A DNA stretch of 64,000 bases, from the IMG/VR virus record IMGVR_UViG_3300037515_000188, positions 32,001 to 96,000 of that record. One strand, given 5' to 3'. The position numbers and the translations under genes were made by a program. Below the pieces are notes generated by a model. The model was given only the letters and a program-made list of their open reading frames with translations, had not been told where the DNA came from and searched no databases. This document shows, in pieces, positions 13,293 through 25,597 of this stretch; position 1 is the stretch's first letter, and each line of letters starts with the position of its first letter. Source of the DNA: a virus.

Positions 13293-14006
13293 ATGTCTAT
13301 TCGTAAATTGATTACCGACCTTAATGGTAATTCAGTATGGGCTACTGAAAAACAATGTAATGCCATTGATGTATTGAAAGAGACCAATGCCGGTGGAATT
13401 GCCGGTATAAATGGTTATATACCGACTACTAATTATACTACGCCACCTGTTCAGAACATGCAGATCATTACCCGCTTCAACTATGAAAAGCTGCTACAGC
13501 GCCGTTTAAATGCCTATGCAGGAATTTCTTTTGACGATGTTAAACCTTATATTACAGGTAAATTAGTATCCCTTCCAGAAACAGGACAGCGTACCTTGTT
13601 TTTCCAGCGGTTACAGCAGGAAATTGATTCCGCTACCAAAACGATTGACGGAGATCGTTCAGACTCGCATCGTCAAGGACATGACCGCTGCTATGTACGC
13701 TTTACGGAAGGTATCAGCGCCCATCTAGTGACTGAAAAAGGTTCGGATGGTCTGATGCATCCTGTATTGTCTGATGGGTATCCTACCGTTGATTCTATCA
13801 TGGTATCATTCCTTGAACTGAATAGGACAATTGTAAAACAGGGAGTTCGCAAAATTATTAATAGTGGTCCCAGTGTTTTGATGAAGAATGCCATTGATAA
13901 AGTATTGAATCAGCGTAGCGTAGGGATTCGCAAAATTTCCCTGAAGGAAAATAACTTCGATAGTCTGAATATCAGCAAGAATAGTATAGTACCGGATAAT
14001 ATTTAA
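13293..14006 (+). CDS. Hypothetical phage early protein
   Basis: 237-aa ORF with own promoter and RBS. Confidence 0.7.
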   Translation: MSIRKLITDLNGNSVWATEKQCNAIDVLKETNAGGIAGINGYIPTTNYTTPPVQNMQIITRFNYEKLLQRRLNAYAGISFDDVKPYITGKLVSLPETGQRTLFFQRLQQEIDSATKTIDGDRSDSHRQGHDRCYVRFTEGISAHLVTEKGSDGLMHPVLSDGYPTVDSIMVSFLELNRTIVKQGVRKIINSGPSVLMKNAIDKVLNQRSVGIRKISLKENNFDSLNISKNSIVPDNI

Positions 14007-14024
14007 CAGACTAGGAAAAATATC

Positions 14025-14219
14025 ATGAATGCTAAGACAAATTCTGAAGATATGTTGGATTGTCCATTTTGTAAATCTAAACCAGTATTGCTAAGACCAA
14101 AAGAATTTACTTTTACTGTATCATGTGTGAATTGCAAGTGTAATGGAAATAATCCATACTCTTATGCAGGAACTAAAAAGGCTGCAATTAATAAGTGGAA
14201 TACACGATCATCGGAGTAG
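14025..14219 (+). CDS. Lar-family restriction alleviation-like zinc ribbon
   Basis: CPFC...CxxC...AINKWNTR. Confidence 0.7.
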   Translation: MNAKTNSEDMLDCPFCKSKPVLLRPKEFTFTVSCVNCKCNGNNPYSYAGTKKAAINKWNTRSSE

Positions 14220-14459
14220 GAAAAACATCATGTTTATAATTCATTGCTCAGATAATAAAGGAATAACATTATGCGGTGATGCTGATTCTATCATTCATTT
14301 AGCATATTTATTTGAACAAAACAAGATAGAATTTACTGTATCCGATAAATTTGGAACAATGGATCAAGATCAATTTGGATTCAGTGATTTTAAATTTTGG
14401 ATGATTAAAAAAAATTATTAATACTTGACAAAATAATTGAATTATAGTATTATTATAAA

Positions 14460-14770
14460 TGAAAGTGAAAGAGTAAGATAAATAGGAAAGTGGAAAAGTA
14501 AGATAAATTGGAGAAGTAAGATAAATAGGAAAGTGGAAAAGTAAGATAAATTGGAAAGAAAGTGTAAGAGAATTGCTGATGTGATTTTGCATTAGGAGCC
14601 AGTGGGTACACCAGTGAACAGAAATCGTAGCCGCGACTGGCATTTTTTTTAAAATGAAATAGTGGTTTAGAGAGGATTGACAAAAATCTATTGATGCCAC
14701 TTAATGGATTACAAATCAATCGACCGTGGCAAGGTAAATCGGAACCGATAGGAACCGGGCCACTTTTTCA
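14460..14770 (+). ncRNA. Candidate sRNA(s): purine-rich repeats followed by hairpins with U-tails
   Basis: Promoter TTGACA-17-TATTAT 14425-14453; AGTAAGATAAATWGGA x4; GCCAGT/ACTGGC+T8; GTGGC/GCCAC+T-run. Confidence 0.5.
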
Positions 14771-15512
14771 TTTATAATCAAACAAAGGATTTATTCATGA
14801 TTAAAATAATTATAATTTGTATGATATTTGGCTTACTTGCGGGATGTAATGAATATTATTCAGAATGGCAAAATGCTCCAACATGTTATACTTGTACTGA
14901 AGCAGAAATGAATAGAGTACAAAATGAAGCAAAATGGTGTAAGGAAAATACTACTTATAAAGATACTTATTGCTTCGGTTCAGCCATTATGAGAATATGT
15001 CAAAAAAGGAATGTGAACCGATAATAGATATAATCAGAGATTAAAAATGTCTAAATATACATTTATTAAAGAATTTTCTTTCGATCATCCAGATGTAAAA
15101 AGAACTATTCGCATCGAGATATGGCAGGATAACGAGCAAGATTATACATTCGCCGTTGATTCCATATTCTTAGATAAAAGTAAAACATTTTTTAACCCAT
15201 TCAACGGAGAGTGTGAAGTTATAGACGTTAGCCTTCCGGCACAATAATTTTATAACATAATATCATGCTATCAGAAGGAAAGACAAGGGAAAAGGCTCGT
15301 AAACTTTCGATAGAAGGTAATTGTATAGTATACGTTACTGAAAAACAATATACTGGTGGAAGAATAGATTATAATTATTGCGGAGCCGATGCGTTTCATT
15401 CTTTAAATACATGGTTTGAAGATGAAACCATAATTGCAACATACAAAAACGGTATAGAACAAAGAGATTAAAATTCTTGACAATCTACCATGATCCGTGC
15501 TATAATATTCCA

Positions 15513-15637
15513 TATTCAATAGATTTAGTGTAACGGTAGCACGACCTGCAATGGCAGGTAGCAGGCAGTTCGATTCTGCAATAGGGATTGGTTCCGGCTG
15601 ACAACTAAGAATGGTTCGACTCCATAGCTATTGAATA
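15513..15637 (+). ncRNA. tRNA-like RNA with one D-arm and two T-arms
   Basis: 10-bp closing stem; TAGTGTAACGGTAGCAC D arm; GCAG-TTCGATT-CTGC and ATGG-TTCGACT-CCAT; promoter 15477-15506. Confidence 0.55.
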
Positions 15638-15664
15638 CAAATTTCTGTTAATACGGAACAGATA

Positions 15665-16126
15665 ATGAATAAAATTAATGTAAATGATAAATTCAAGATA
15701 ATGGAATTAGCATCTAAGTATCTGTTAGATGAATTAAAAACAAATACAGATGTTTTATCATCGCCAGAAATAGTAAAAATATTCTTGCACACTCATATGT
15801 ACGGAAAAAAGAATGAGTGTTTTTGTGTTCTTTTTCTAACCTCGCAACATAATTTAATTGCATTTGAAGAATTGTTTCATGGTTCAATAAATAGTTCAGC
15901 AGTTTATCCTCGGGTAGTAGCTATGCGAGCATTAGAATTAAATGCAAGTGCCGTTATTTTTGCGCATAATCATCCGGGGGGAATAGCTAATCCAAGCCTT
16001 GAAGATAAAAATATTACAAAGGTATTAACCAAAGCCCTAGAACTATTTGAGATTAAAGTATTGGATCATCTAATTATAGGAAACGGAAATAATACTACAA
16101 GTATGAAGGAACAAGGAATGATTTGA
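15665..16126 (+). CDS. RadC-like JAB/MPN domain protein
   Basis: E..AHNHPGG..PSLED..VLDHLIIG. Confidence 0.9.
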   Translation: MNKINVNDKFKIMELASKYLLDELKTNTDVLSSPEIVKIFLHTHMYGKKNECFCVLFLTSQHNLIAFEELFHGSINSSAVYPRVVAMRALELNASAVIFAHNHPGGIANPSLEDKNITKVLTKALELFEIKVLDHLIIGNGNNTTSMKEQGMI

Positions 16127-16197
16127 AACAATGATCTAAATGTGCTATACTATGTTCCATAGTTGATATAAATTTTAAGAAAAATAGAGAAATAATC

Positions 16198-16551
16198 ATG
16201 AGTACAAAAACAATTAGTAATTGTGATGATATTATCGATTCGAGAGATATTATAGAACGTATAAGTGATCTTGAAGATTTGCGTGATAATAATATCATTA
16301 ATGATGAAGAAAGTAATGAACTTGCCAGTCTAAAAACATTACAAGAAGAAGTTAAAAGCTTTTCATCGGAATGGGAATATGGAGTTACGCTAATCCACAA
16401 TAACTATTTCACAGAATATGCCATAGATGAACTTGGGAATTTACCGAAAGACCATATCGTCATAGATAAAGAAGCCATCGCGTATAATATTCAAGAGGAT
16501 TATACATCGGTGGAGTTTAATGGTTCTACATATTGGATACTTTCATCCTGA
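16198..16551 (+). CDS. Acidic protein resembling the ArdA antirestriction C-terminus
   Basis: Highly acidic; IDKEAIAYNIQEDY..F.G..Y pattern. Confidence 0.35.
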   Translation: MSTKTISNCDDIIDSRDIIERISDLEDLRDNNIINDEESNELASLKTLQEEVKSFSSEWEYGVTLIHNNYFTEYAIDELGNLPKDHIVIDKEAIAYNIQEDYTSVEFNGSTYWILSS

Positions 16552-19287
16552 TAGGAGTAATTAATATGCCTATTATCTTAATGATTATGGCTACTATCAT
16601 TGTATTAATAGCTACTCATCTTATAGGACATGATCGACAAATTTTGTAATACATCATTATCGGAGTAAATGCTATGAAGCGTTTATTTGTTGGTATCACA
16701 CCATCTGCATCGCGTGAAGTATTTCAATCGTTTATAACACCTACAGCAGATACGCATGGTGAAAAATATCTAGCATGCATTGGTCCCTTTCGTACTCGTA
16801 AAGCTGCTAATTTTATGTCTACTCATGGTAGAAATAATCCACATCTGCAAACGGTTGCGGATGCTGAACGCATAGTAAAACTTTTAAATTAACTTGATAT
16901 AATCCTAACATTATAATATAATATTCCATATTGAATAAGTAATTTAAAGGAAGAATATCATGAACTATACCTATGTAATCGACTATTCGGACTACGGATG
17001 GTATGTTGAATGGTATACGGATTCTGATAATGGATCAGGATTAGGGGACAATCCTAAAGTTCAATACTGGTATGGAACACGGGATGAATGCTATGACCGG
17101 GTTATGGAAGCGCCATGCGAAGATGCATGGTTTGATATGTAAAATAATCAAAAGGTATAAACTATGAAGGATTTATTTAATGTATTTTTTGATAAACCAG
17201 ATGCATTGGATCGTTTAATAGAATGGATCAATCAGGAACCTGAAGATAAGCTTTTTCAGTTTAATCGTGAAGTATTATCCATTATACGTGACTGGACCAA
17301 GGATCGTCAACGTATCGCAGACTTGGAAGATGCATTAAGACCATTCGCACATCCTGATTTGTGCAAGATGTTAAGCGGTAATGTTAAAGGTGATGCAAGT
17401 ATTGTTTTTCAAAGAGATAATGCTTTCTTGAGGATCGGAGATTTTGCACGAGCACAAAAGCTTTTAGCTAACGATTAATAAATATCTTTATGATTAATTC
17501 TCATTGTCTCATATCATTTGATCCTAATCGTCATGAAATGGATCGTGTATATTTTAATCCAAATTTTGATGCGGTGGACTGGGTAGAAGAATCTTTTAAA
17601 ATCGCCCCATCTGGTGGATACTTGTGCGGAGTGTTTAAAATAGTATTTCCTTCTACACTGTTATTGATTGATGTGAGATATGCTTAAATACATCTAAAGA
17701 GGAATAACATCATGACTACTATTAATGATCTTGAAACATATGTTACAAAATTAGAGGAACTTGTTTTACAGGGTGAAAGAATAGTAGAAGATTTCTTACC
17801 TAATATTGGAAAATGTGCATTACAAAATTACGCACAGCTTAATGAATTTTTAATTGCTGCCAGTTCATTGCGAAACAGTATTAAGGATCGAGTGAATTAA
17901 AAGCGGGTGTTCTTAGATAACGTTTGATATAATCCTGTCACTATACTATAATAGCGGAATGAATGATCGAATAAGTGATGAACGGATTACTGCGATTGAG
18001 GACATGCGCTTTAAAAATGTAATGGTTTCACCGCATCCGGCACGTTCAGATTTGGTAATGGAATTGATGAAGGCCCTTAAAGCCGAGCGCGCCCATGCTG
18101 TAGAATTGGAAAAACTCTTAAATAAATCTTGATATAATCCTGCCACTATGGTATACTAATATTTCAATAGGGAGATAAATTAATGAAGCCTACCTCTATC
18201 AGTTTTGAAAAAGAAAGTGTTGTTGACAATGAGAAGATACTCGCTATCCGATTGAAAGACAACATTGTTGAACTTGAATGCGGTAATAGCGTTTATCTTC
18301 ATGTTAATGACATTGATTGGATAGTTGATGTATTATCGCAACTAAATGATCCAATCTGAATAAGAATTGGTATAACAATCTAGGAACCAATTGTACACTC
18401 TGAAAGGAAACAACATAAAGCGCAGGAGTCTGATACCATGACTAGAGAAAAACTGCAAGATTACCAGAGAACAAAAACCGTGTATGAATGGGACTTTGAG
18501 GTAACTGACAAGTATGGTGACGTGATCGACCATAATCATATGGATCATCTACCAGTCAAGACTAATCTAACTGGTGAAAAAAACAACAAAGGTGATTTGG
18601 TCCTTATTCGTGATAGTGGCACGGATGCAGATGGTTTGCAGGATCGTCAGTGGGCTTACACCGAGCATGACGATGCTGGCTACCTGCAACTGCCATCGCA
18701 CTTTGATGGTGGATACAAAGTTCCGTCCAGATATCATACCGAACTGAAGAGATGGCAAGGAGATTAACACCATGACGAAAATCAAACGCACTGCAAAATG
18801 GATGAAGTATTTAACCATAGCAGAATTACGTCATATGAAAGATTGGCAGAAATCTTTAACGCTGAAAAGTTTTGTAGTTAACCGTGAGTATCAAACAAAA
18901 TCAAACGGGATAATTTGTTGGGAATGTAAAACGATTGAGAAAAAGTTATTGAAGGCTGGAGTACGATTGCCATTCAGCTTGACATAATCATCTTAATATG
19001 GTATAGTATTATTATGTCCTATATACTTAAACGAACGGATCAAAGTAGTGGCTATGTAGCCAAGTCTGGTTGCTCTCATAGTTATACAAACAAGATAGCA
19101 GAAGTTCTAAGGTTTGCTACCTATGAAGAGGCTAAGACAAATGCCTGCGGAAATGAAATTGTAGTTAATCTTGACCAAGCTGATCTAGTAATCTGAGCAT
19201 ATATCATAGACCGTAACATTAAAAAACAAGTTTGGAAAAAAATTAACTTTGTTTTAAAAGTACCCTTATATAATGGTGGGGGTGGAA

Positions 19288-19620
19288 CTCAGTTTTCAGG
19301 GTCTGTATATACTTATTTTTATATTTCATGAAAAATTTATATTAACCATATTTTTATATCTTTTAATAATAATTATATACTTATCTTTACATAAAATTTT
19401 ATATTAATATACTTTATACGTATTTTTATACCCTATTATATTATAAAAAATTAGCTCTGTTTTAAAATTACTCTTATATTATAATAGCGTAAATCTCAGT
19501 TTTCAGGGTCTGTATATACTTATCTTTACATTATATCTAAAATTAAACATTTCTAAAATTTCCATTTAATGTATCATATATAACGCATTAGACCCTTTAA
19601 TGTATTATATATAATACATT
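19288..19620. repeat. Non-coding convergence zone with 29-bp direct repeat and other short repeats
   Basis: CTCAGTTTTCAGGGTCTGTATATACTTAT at 19288-19316 and 19495-19523; TTTAATGTATYATATATAA twice near 19565 and 19596. Confidence 0.8.
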
Positions 19621-19628
19621 AACCAAAA

Positions 19629-22600
19629 CTATCTTATATTTTTTTTTAAAAAATTTTGATCCATTTCATCTTGCATTATCATTTTAATATCAGATAAATT
19701 ACTATCATAAACTAATTTACTGTATATCTTCCTACGGTAAGTAAAATGATCATAATATATCATGCGAGGATGTAATATCTTAAAATAACATTTATTAATA
19801 ATATGCATAATCTTAATTTATAAGTTTATCAATATTCAATAAAAAATTTTATTATTTTTTTAATTAACTATATATTAAAAATTTTTTTTACCAAAAAATT
19901 TCGATTTAATTCATTCTTTATCATCACTCTTATATCATTTAAATGAAATAATATATGATATAGATAATATGCTTTAGACTGATTATAATTTAATAGCGTA
20001 TGCTCAATATAAGCAATTGAATCATTATACCTATAAAAAATATCTTTAACAATATTCATCTTCTAATTCTTCCACTATTCGATCTATTAACTCCCCCAAA
20101 ATATCAGTAAAATATACAACATCATATAACAGAGAATCATCATAATTCAATGGTAAACGTATTTTATAATAAAAATCTACATCAAGTTGTTTATATATTG
20201 GTTTCATACTAAATTTATCCTCTAATAATTAATTACAAATTTGTCAATTTTACTAGAAAATTCAATAAATCTTATATATAATTTTTATTCTTATTTCATG
20301 ATTTATTATATTCTTTATTATATTTAAATCATTATCATACATTATTTTACTATACATTTTTCTCATACTAAGACTCCGAGGGGATAAGATATTAAAAATT
20401 AAAGTATCTTTAATGATTTTCATTTTTTCATTCTAATAATAATATCTTGCAAAAAATAATCAATAACATTTATCATCATCCATAATTTTATATCATTTTC
20501 AGATGGATATATCTCTTTAAAATCGTGCATCATTAATGCCAATTCAATATTAATTTTTAATGTGTTATAAATTAATTTCATCAAATTTCAGACTAATATT
20601 AATTTACTTGTAATTATATTCATATACTTCTATTTCTTTTAATATTATATCCCTAATATTCTGATTAAATAATACTTTATCATACAATAAAACCCAATAG
20701 TCCGGATATAAGTTATATAACCTTAATGGTAGTTCAATTACTTGTTTATAAATTATTTTCATCCATCGCATTCTTTATTATCATATTCTTTATTATATTC
20801 AAATCATTATCATATAAGAATCTATGATATAAATAATTTCCTTTAAAATTGAAATCATTATCAATATAAACAAATAAATCGTTATATCTATAAAAAATAT
20901 CTTCAATAATTTTCATCTTTTCCATTTTCCAATTATATAATCTATTACATAATCTTCTATTAATTCTTCTAATACTATATTTACTGGTTCCCATATAATA
21001 TTATTAAAATATATACCATCATATAAAAATAATGTTGTATTATAATTATTATCAATTAACATTAAACGTATTCTATTAAATACATCCATAGAAATTTTTT
21101 TATAAATCAGATTCATAAAATATATAATCCAATTCTTCCAATACTACATCCAACAAAAATTCTTGATCCCCCAAATCATACATCTGTAATAGTTCTGAAG
21201 AATAATAACCTCCATCATATAATGCCTGACTAATAATATCAATATTAAACTGTTGATAAATCAGGTTCATAAAACATATAATCCAATTCTTCTAATATAA
21301 TATCAATTAATGAGTCTTCTTGAATCCTCCACTCAATTAATGAGTCTTTAATCCTCCACAATAAATCATACATCTGTATTTTTTGATAATAATCATTATC
21401 AAATATAGATTGTTCAATAACATTAATATTAAATTTTTTATAAATCAATTTCATATATTTTTTTTCTTAGTTCATGATTTATCATATGCTTTATTATATT
21501 CAACTCGTTATTATATATTAATGTATGATATTTGGTATAAATAATTTCATCCAGATCAAACATATAATGTTCAAATGCATTAAATGATTTACCCTTTAAG
21601 AATATTATTTTTCCAATAGTTTTCATAAATTTTTTAATGATTCCAATATAGCACTCTTTAAACGTATTATATTCATCATAATAGTAAAATATATTACCTC
21701 TTCTATTTTTGCATACTTTTTTTCATGCGTCAGTATATACCTGCCATCACCATCCCATTGTATTTGTTTATATATTAGTTTCATATATTTTCAATTCATC
21801 CAATATGATATCGATCATTGATTCTGAGTCATGCCATATAATATTCTGTTGTACATAATTCCATGTAATATTTTGTTTCCTATTCATAAAATCATGTATC
21901 TGAAATATTTCTGAATGATACTCGGTAACGAATAACATGTATACCTTATCTACGATACTAGCAAATTGGACATGAATTTGTTTCATAATTGCAATTCATC
22001 CAATAATACTGTTCTTATACCCGTAAGTCCGGGAATATAGATTATACGATTTATTTTTATGCTTTTAGCATATAATAATGTATAGAATAAATTTCCATCA
22101 AATTTATTTAATTGTTTATATATTAGTTTCATATATTTTCAATTCATCCAATATGATATCGATCATTGATTCTGAATTATACCATATAATATAATCCCAT
22201 GTAATACTTTGTTGCTTGTTTATGAAATCATGTATCTGTAATACTTCCGGATGATACTCGTGACATAATAATATATAAATAGTTGGTCTTATTTTAACTA
22301 ATTGTTTATTAATTATTTTCATATAATTCATCCAACATATCATCCACTACTTCTAATGTAATTCTAAATCGAGTAATATTATATACACTATCCATATAGT
22401 GAGATAAATACATCATTGCATCATAATGATTTTCACTTAATGATGAATATATTTTATCAAATACATTTTCTTCAAATTGTTTATAAATTAATTTCATTTT
22501 TTATTTGTTCTTTGATAACACTTAATATAGTTACAATATCAACCGAATATAATGGTAGAGTATAATAAAAATGAGTTTTTATTAACATCCAATGTATAGA

Positions 22601-25548
22601 ACCGAATACATTTTCTTCAAATTTGTTATAAATTAATTTCATATATTATACGCACCATATCATTAAAAAATAATTCATCTAATAATAAATTCTGAACCAA
22701 CACCAAATGCATGATTCTATAATGTTTTAACGGCTGCTTTATAACGTAAATTATTATCTATATTAAATTTAAACCCATTTAATTCATTATATACAATATT
22801 CATTATTTTAATTTGCCAATTCATTCAAAATAAATAATCTTAATAATTTTGTTGGATTATCAACATACCAACATATATTTGTTTCATCCGTTCCGGAAAT
22901 TTCGTTCCATAATGTAATACCCATTGCTTTTAATACAGTCTTTTTATATACCAACTTATGGAGTAATTTACCATTAGCAGTAAATTCATTTAATGAGTTA
23001 TAAATAATTTTCATCATAATTTATCCATTATAATATCCATTATGATATCATGTATTGCATCTACCCTTAATAATTTTTCTATTATTATTGGTTTGGAAAT
23101 ACACCAACATTTAGATATTTCATTTTCCGTTGCCGTGAAATACATTATACCCGACATATTTCCACGAAATAATATATAAGTTATTTTAACTAATTGTTTA
23201 TTAATTATTTTCATCTAAATTGGATTAATTCATCTATTATTAATTCCATCATAATTATTTCTAAAGTATTAAATTTAAATGTATGATAATACTTGTTATA
23301 CTCATTTATACATATTGAATTATATACGTCAGTAAGTATAATTGATTCAAATTGTTCATAAATCAATTTCATGAATTTATTTTCTTATAACTTATACAAA
23401 TCATATAACGTGTATAATATAAAATCTTTCATATGCAATCCAACATCTTCTCGTATAATAACTGGTTGTTCATGTTGGTAATAATACTTACAATAAATTC
23501 CCCGCCTGATTTGTTGTTCCCTAAATTTCATTTGGTTATAAATGAATTTCATTAATTTGTTCCATGATTGATAATTTTAATAATGAAGGGCTTTCACGAT
23601 TACTTAAAAAAACATTTGGCCCATTATGTAAAATTAAATTATACATTATCACTGGTTTAATTTTAACTAAAATAAATAGCATGTTTAATCTCCATTAAAA
23701 TAAATTGTATTAATGTTCTTGGAGTATTATTAATATTCCAAAATCTAGTTTTTACCATATCATTATTATAACATAATAATTTAAATAATAAGGGTTTTAT
23801 TTGAGATAATTGGTTATTAATTGTTTTCATACAGTATTGTAACATTATGTAAATTCAATTGTTTATAACTTAATTTCGTAATTCTTCCATTAGTTTATTT
23901 CGTATATCTAATATACTTTCAAAATAAAATGACAATAATAGTTTTGGATAATAATGAATACCCAATATTTTCCAATATATGTTATCAAATATATTTTCAT
24001 CAAATTGGTCATAAATTAATTTCATAAATTTGATCCCATATCAATATTTTAATTAAATTTAAATGCCCCAATATATTATAGGCAAATTATGCTTTTTACG
24101 ATATTCATGTATTAATATATTAATGATAAATGCATTTAATTGATTATAAATTAATTTCATCTTCGATATACTCATTATCATCTATTTCATCAACTATGGC
24201 ATCTGTAATAGTCCATAAAATATTATCATTTATAATATAGTCAATACAATCATAAGATTCTTCGCTTAATATAACTTTAAACTTACCAATTAATTCTGAT
24301 TCCAATTTTTTACAAATTATATTCATTTTTTATTTCTTCTTTTATTCTTAGTAATGGAACAAATACATTATTTGTAGGAGAATTAATCACTATATTTTGA
24401 TCATATGTTAATATTTTATTAAATTCATAATTATAATAAACTATAAGAATAGCTATTATATTAATTATAATTTCATTTAATTCTTTATAAATTAATTTCA
24501 TCTTCTAAATACTCATATACTCATATTCATTTATTTCATTAATTATAGTAGTAATAATCAATAAAATATTATCATGAATATATATTGCATCATAATATTC
24601 TTCACTTAATGGCAAATATAATTTATCTGTAAATATTAAATATAATTCTTTATAGATTATAATCATTATAGTATCTAATGTAATATTTCATAAAAAATGT
24701 AATCTTGTATTATTCTAATTAAATTAAATGATCTATGTGTAGTATGATATAATTGATTTACAATGCCTGAATGATCTATAACCATTTTACGAGGTTTCTC
24801 ATGGACACGAAGATCAAATAATTTGTTTTTAATAATTTTCATAAACTTGATCCAATATCAAATATACTGCCGCATGTCCAATCTGCGTTCTTATCATAAT
24901 CTGCATTCTTATCATACCAGTTAATTGATATATTCTATTTGATATAACATTATTATAAATATAATTTACATTATTCCTATCGTGCAATCGGTAATTTAAT
25001 AATTGTTTATAAATATTTTTCAATTTTTTTTCTTATGGATGCATCTAATCATCTGTATTTATTTTCGAGGAAAATGTATAACATTCTATTAACAAGTTTC
25101 TTACCATAACTGTAAAATTAATTTTAAGTAATTCTTTAAATAATAATTTTCTTTTTTCTTTAAATTTATGTTTTAAGACAACCTGCATGACAAATACATC
25201 TAAATTTATTTTAATATTGTTCATAAATTATTTTCCATGCATTTTTTTCATCAATTAATTGTTCTTTTATTAATAATCGTATAGATAGTAAATCATTATA
25301 ATAATATGATAATGATCCAATTATTATTTTTGATTTATTAGAATTTAATTCATTGCTATAAATTATATCATATATTGGTCGAAATATCAATGCTCTATTT
25401 ATAATAGTTTTCATAAATTATCAAGTTCGTGAATTATAAACATTTTTATATTATTAAAAATCAATAACATATAAATTTTATAATAATCTGAATATGCTAT
25501 TAAATCAAATATATATGTTATTTTTAATTTGTCGTTAATTAATTTCAT
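19629..25548 (-). other. Tandem array of about 36 paralogous mini-ORFs (45-70 aa, MK(L/I)I(Y/N)K.. start), several degenerate
   Basis: Manual translation; starts approx. at 25548, 25414, 25023, 24842, 24667, 24501, 24326, 24160, 24025, 23830, 23682, 23552, 23372, 23214, 23014, 22803, 22642, 22497, 22322, 22132, 21986, 21784, 21626, 21454, 21270, 21116, 20916, 20762, 20581, 20423, 20207, 20059, 19808 plus degenerate units. Confidence 0.85.
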
Positions 25549-25557
25549 AACTATTGT

Positions 25558-25592
25558 ATTATACATTGTTTTTTTATTAATATCAATAAATA
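25558..25592. promoter_or_regulatory. Back-to-back promoters: sigma70 (minus, array) and late ATAAATA (plus, kinases)
   Basis: Minus TTGATA(25581-86)-17-TATAAT(25558-63); plus ATAAATA 25586-25592. Confidence 0.65.
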
Positions 25593-25597
25593 CGTCT

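Larger units (their letters stand above)
10721..19196 (+). other. Early-gene region: short genes mostly preceded by individual sigma70 promoters
   Basis: TTGAC/TTGAT/TTGAA..17-18..TATAAT-like boxes near 10721, 11301, 11989, 12322, 13226, 14425, 15477, 16895, 17924, 18129, 18979. Confidence 0.75.

Noticed and set aside
14308-14719. Minus-strand ORFs over the purine-rich repeat
   Set aside because: Low-complexity translations; promoter and terminators point to a plus-strand RNA
19629-25548. CRISPR array or integron cassette array
   Set aside because: Junction motif is short and degenerate, intervening sequences are homologous coding units, and no attC-like palindromes, cas or integrase genes are visible
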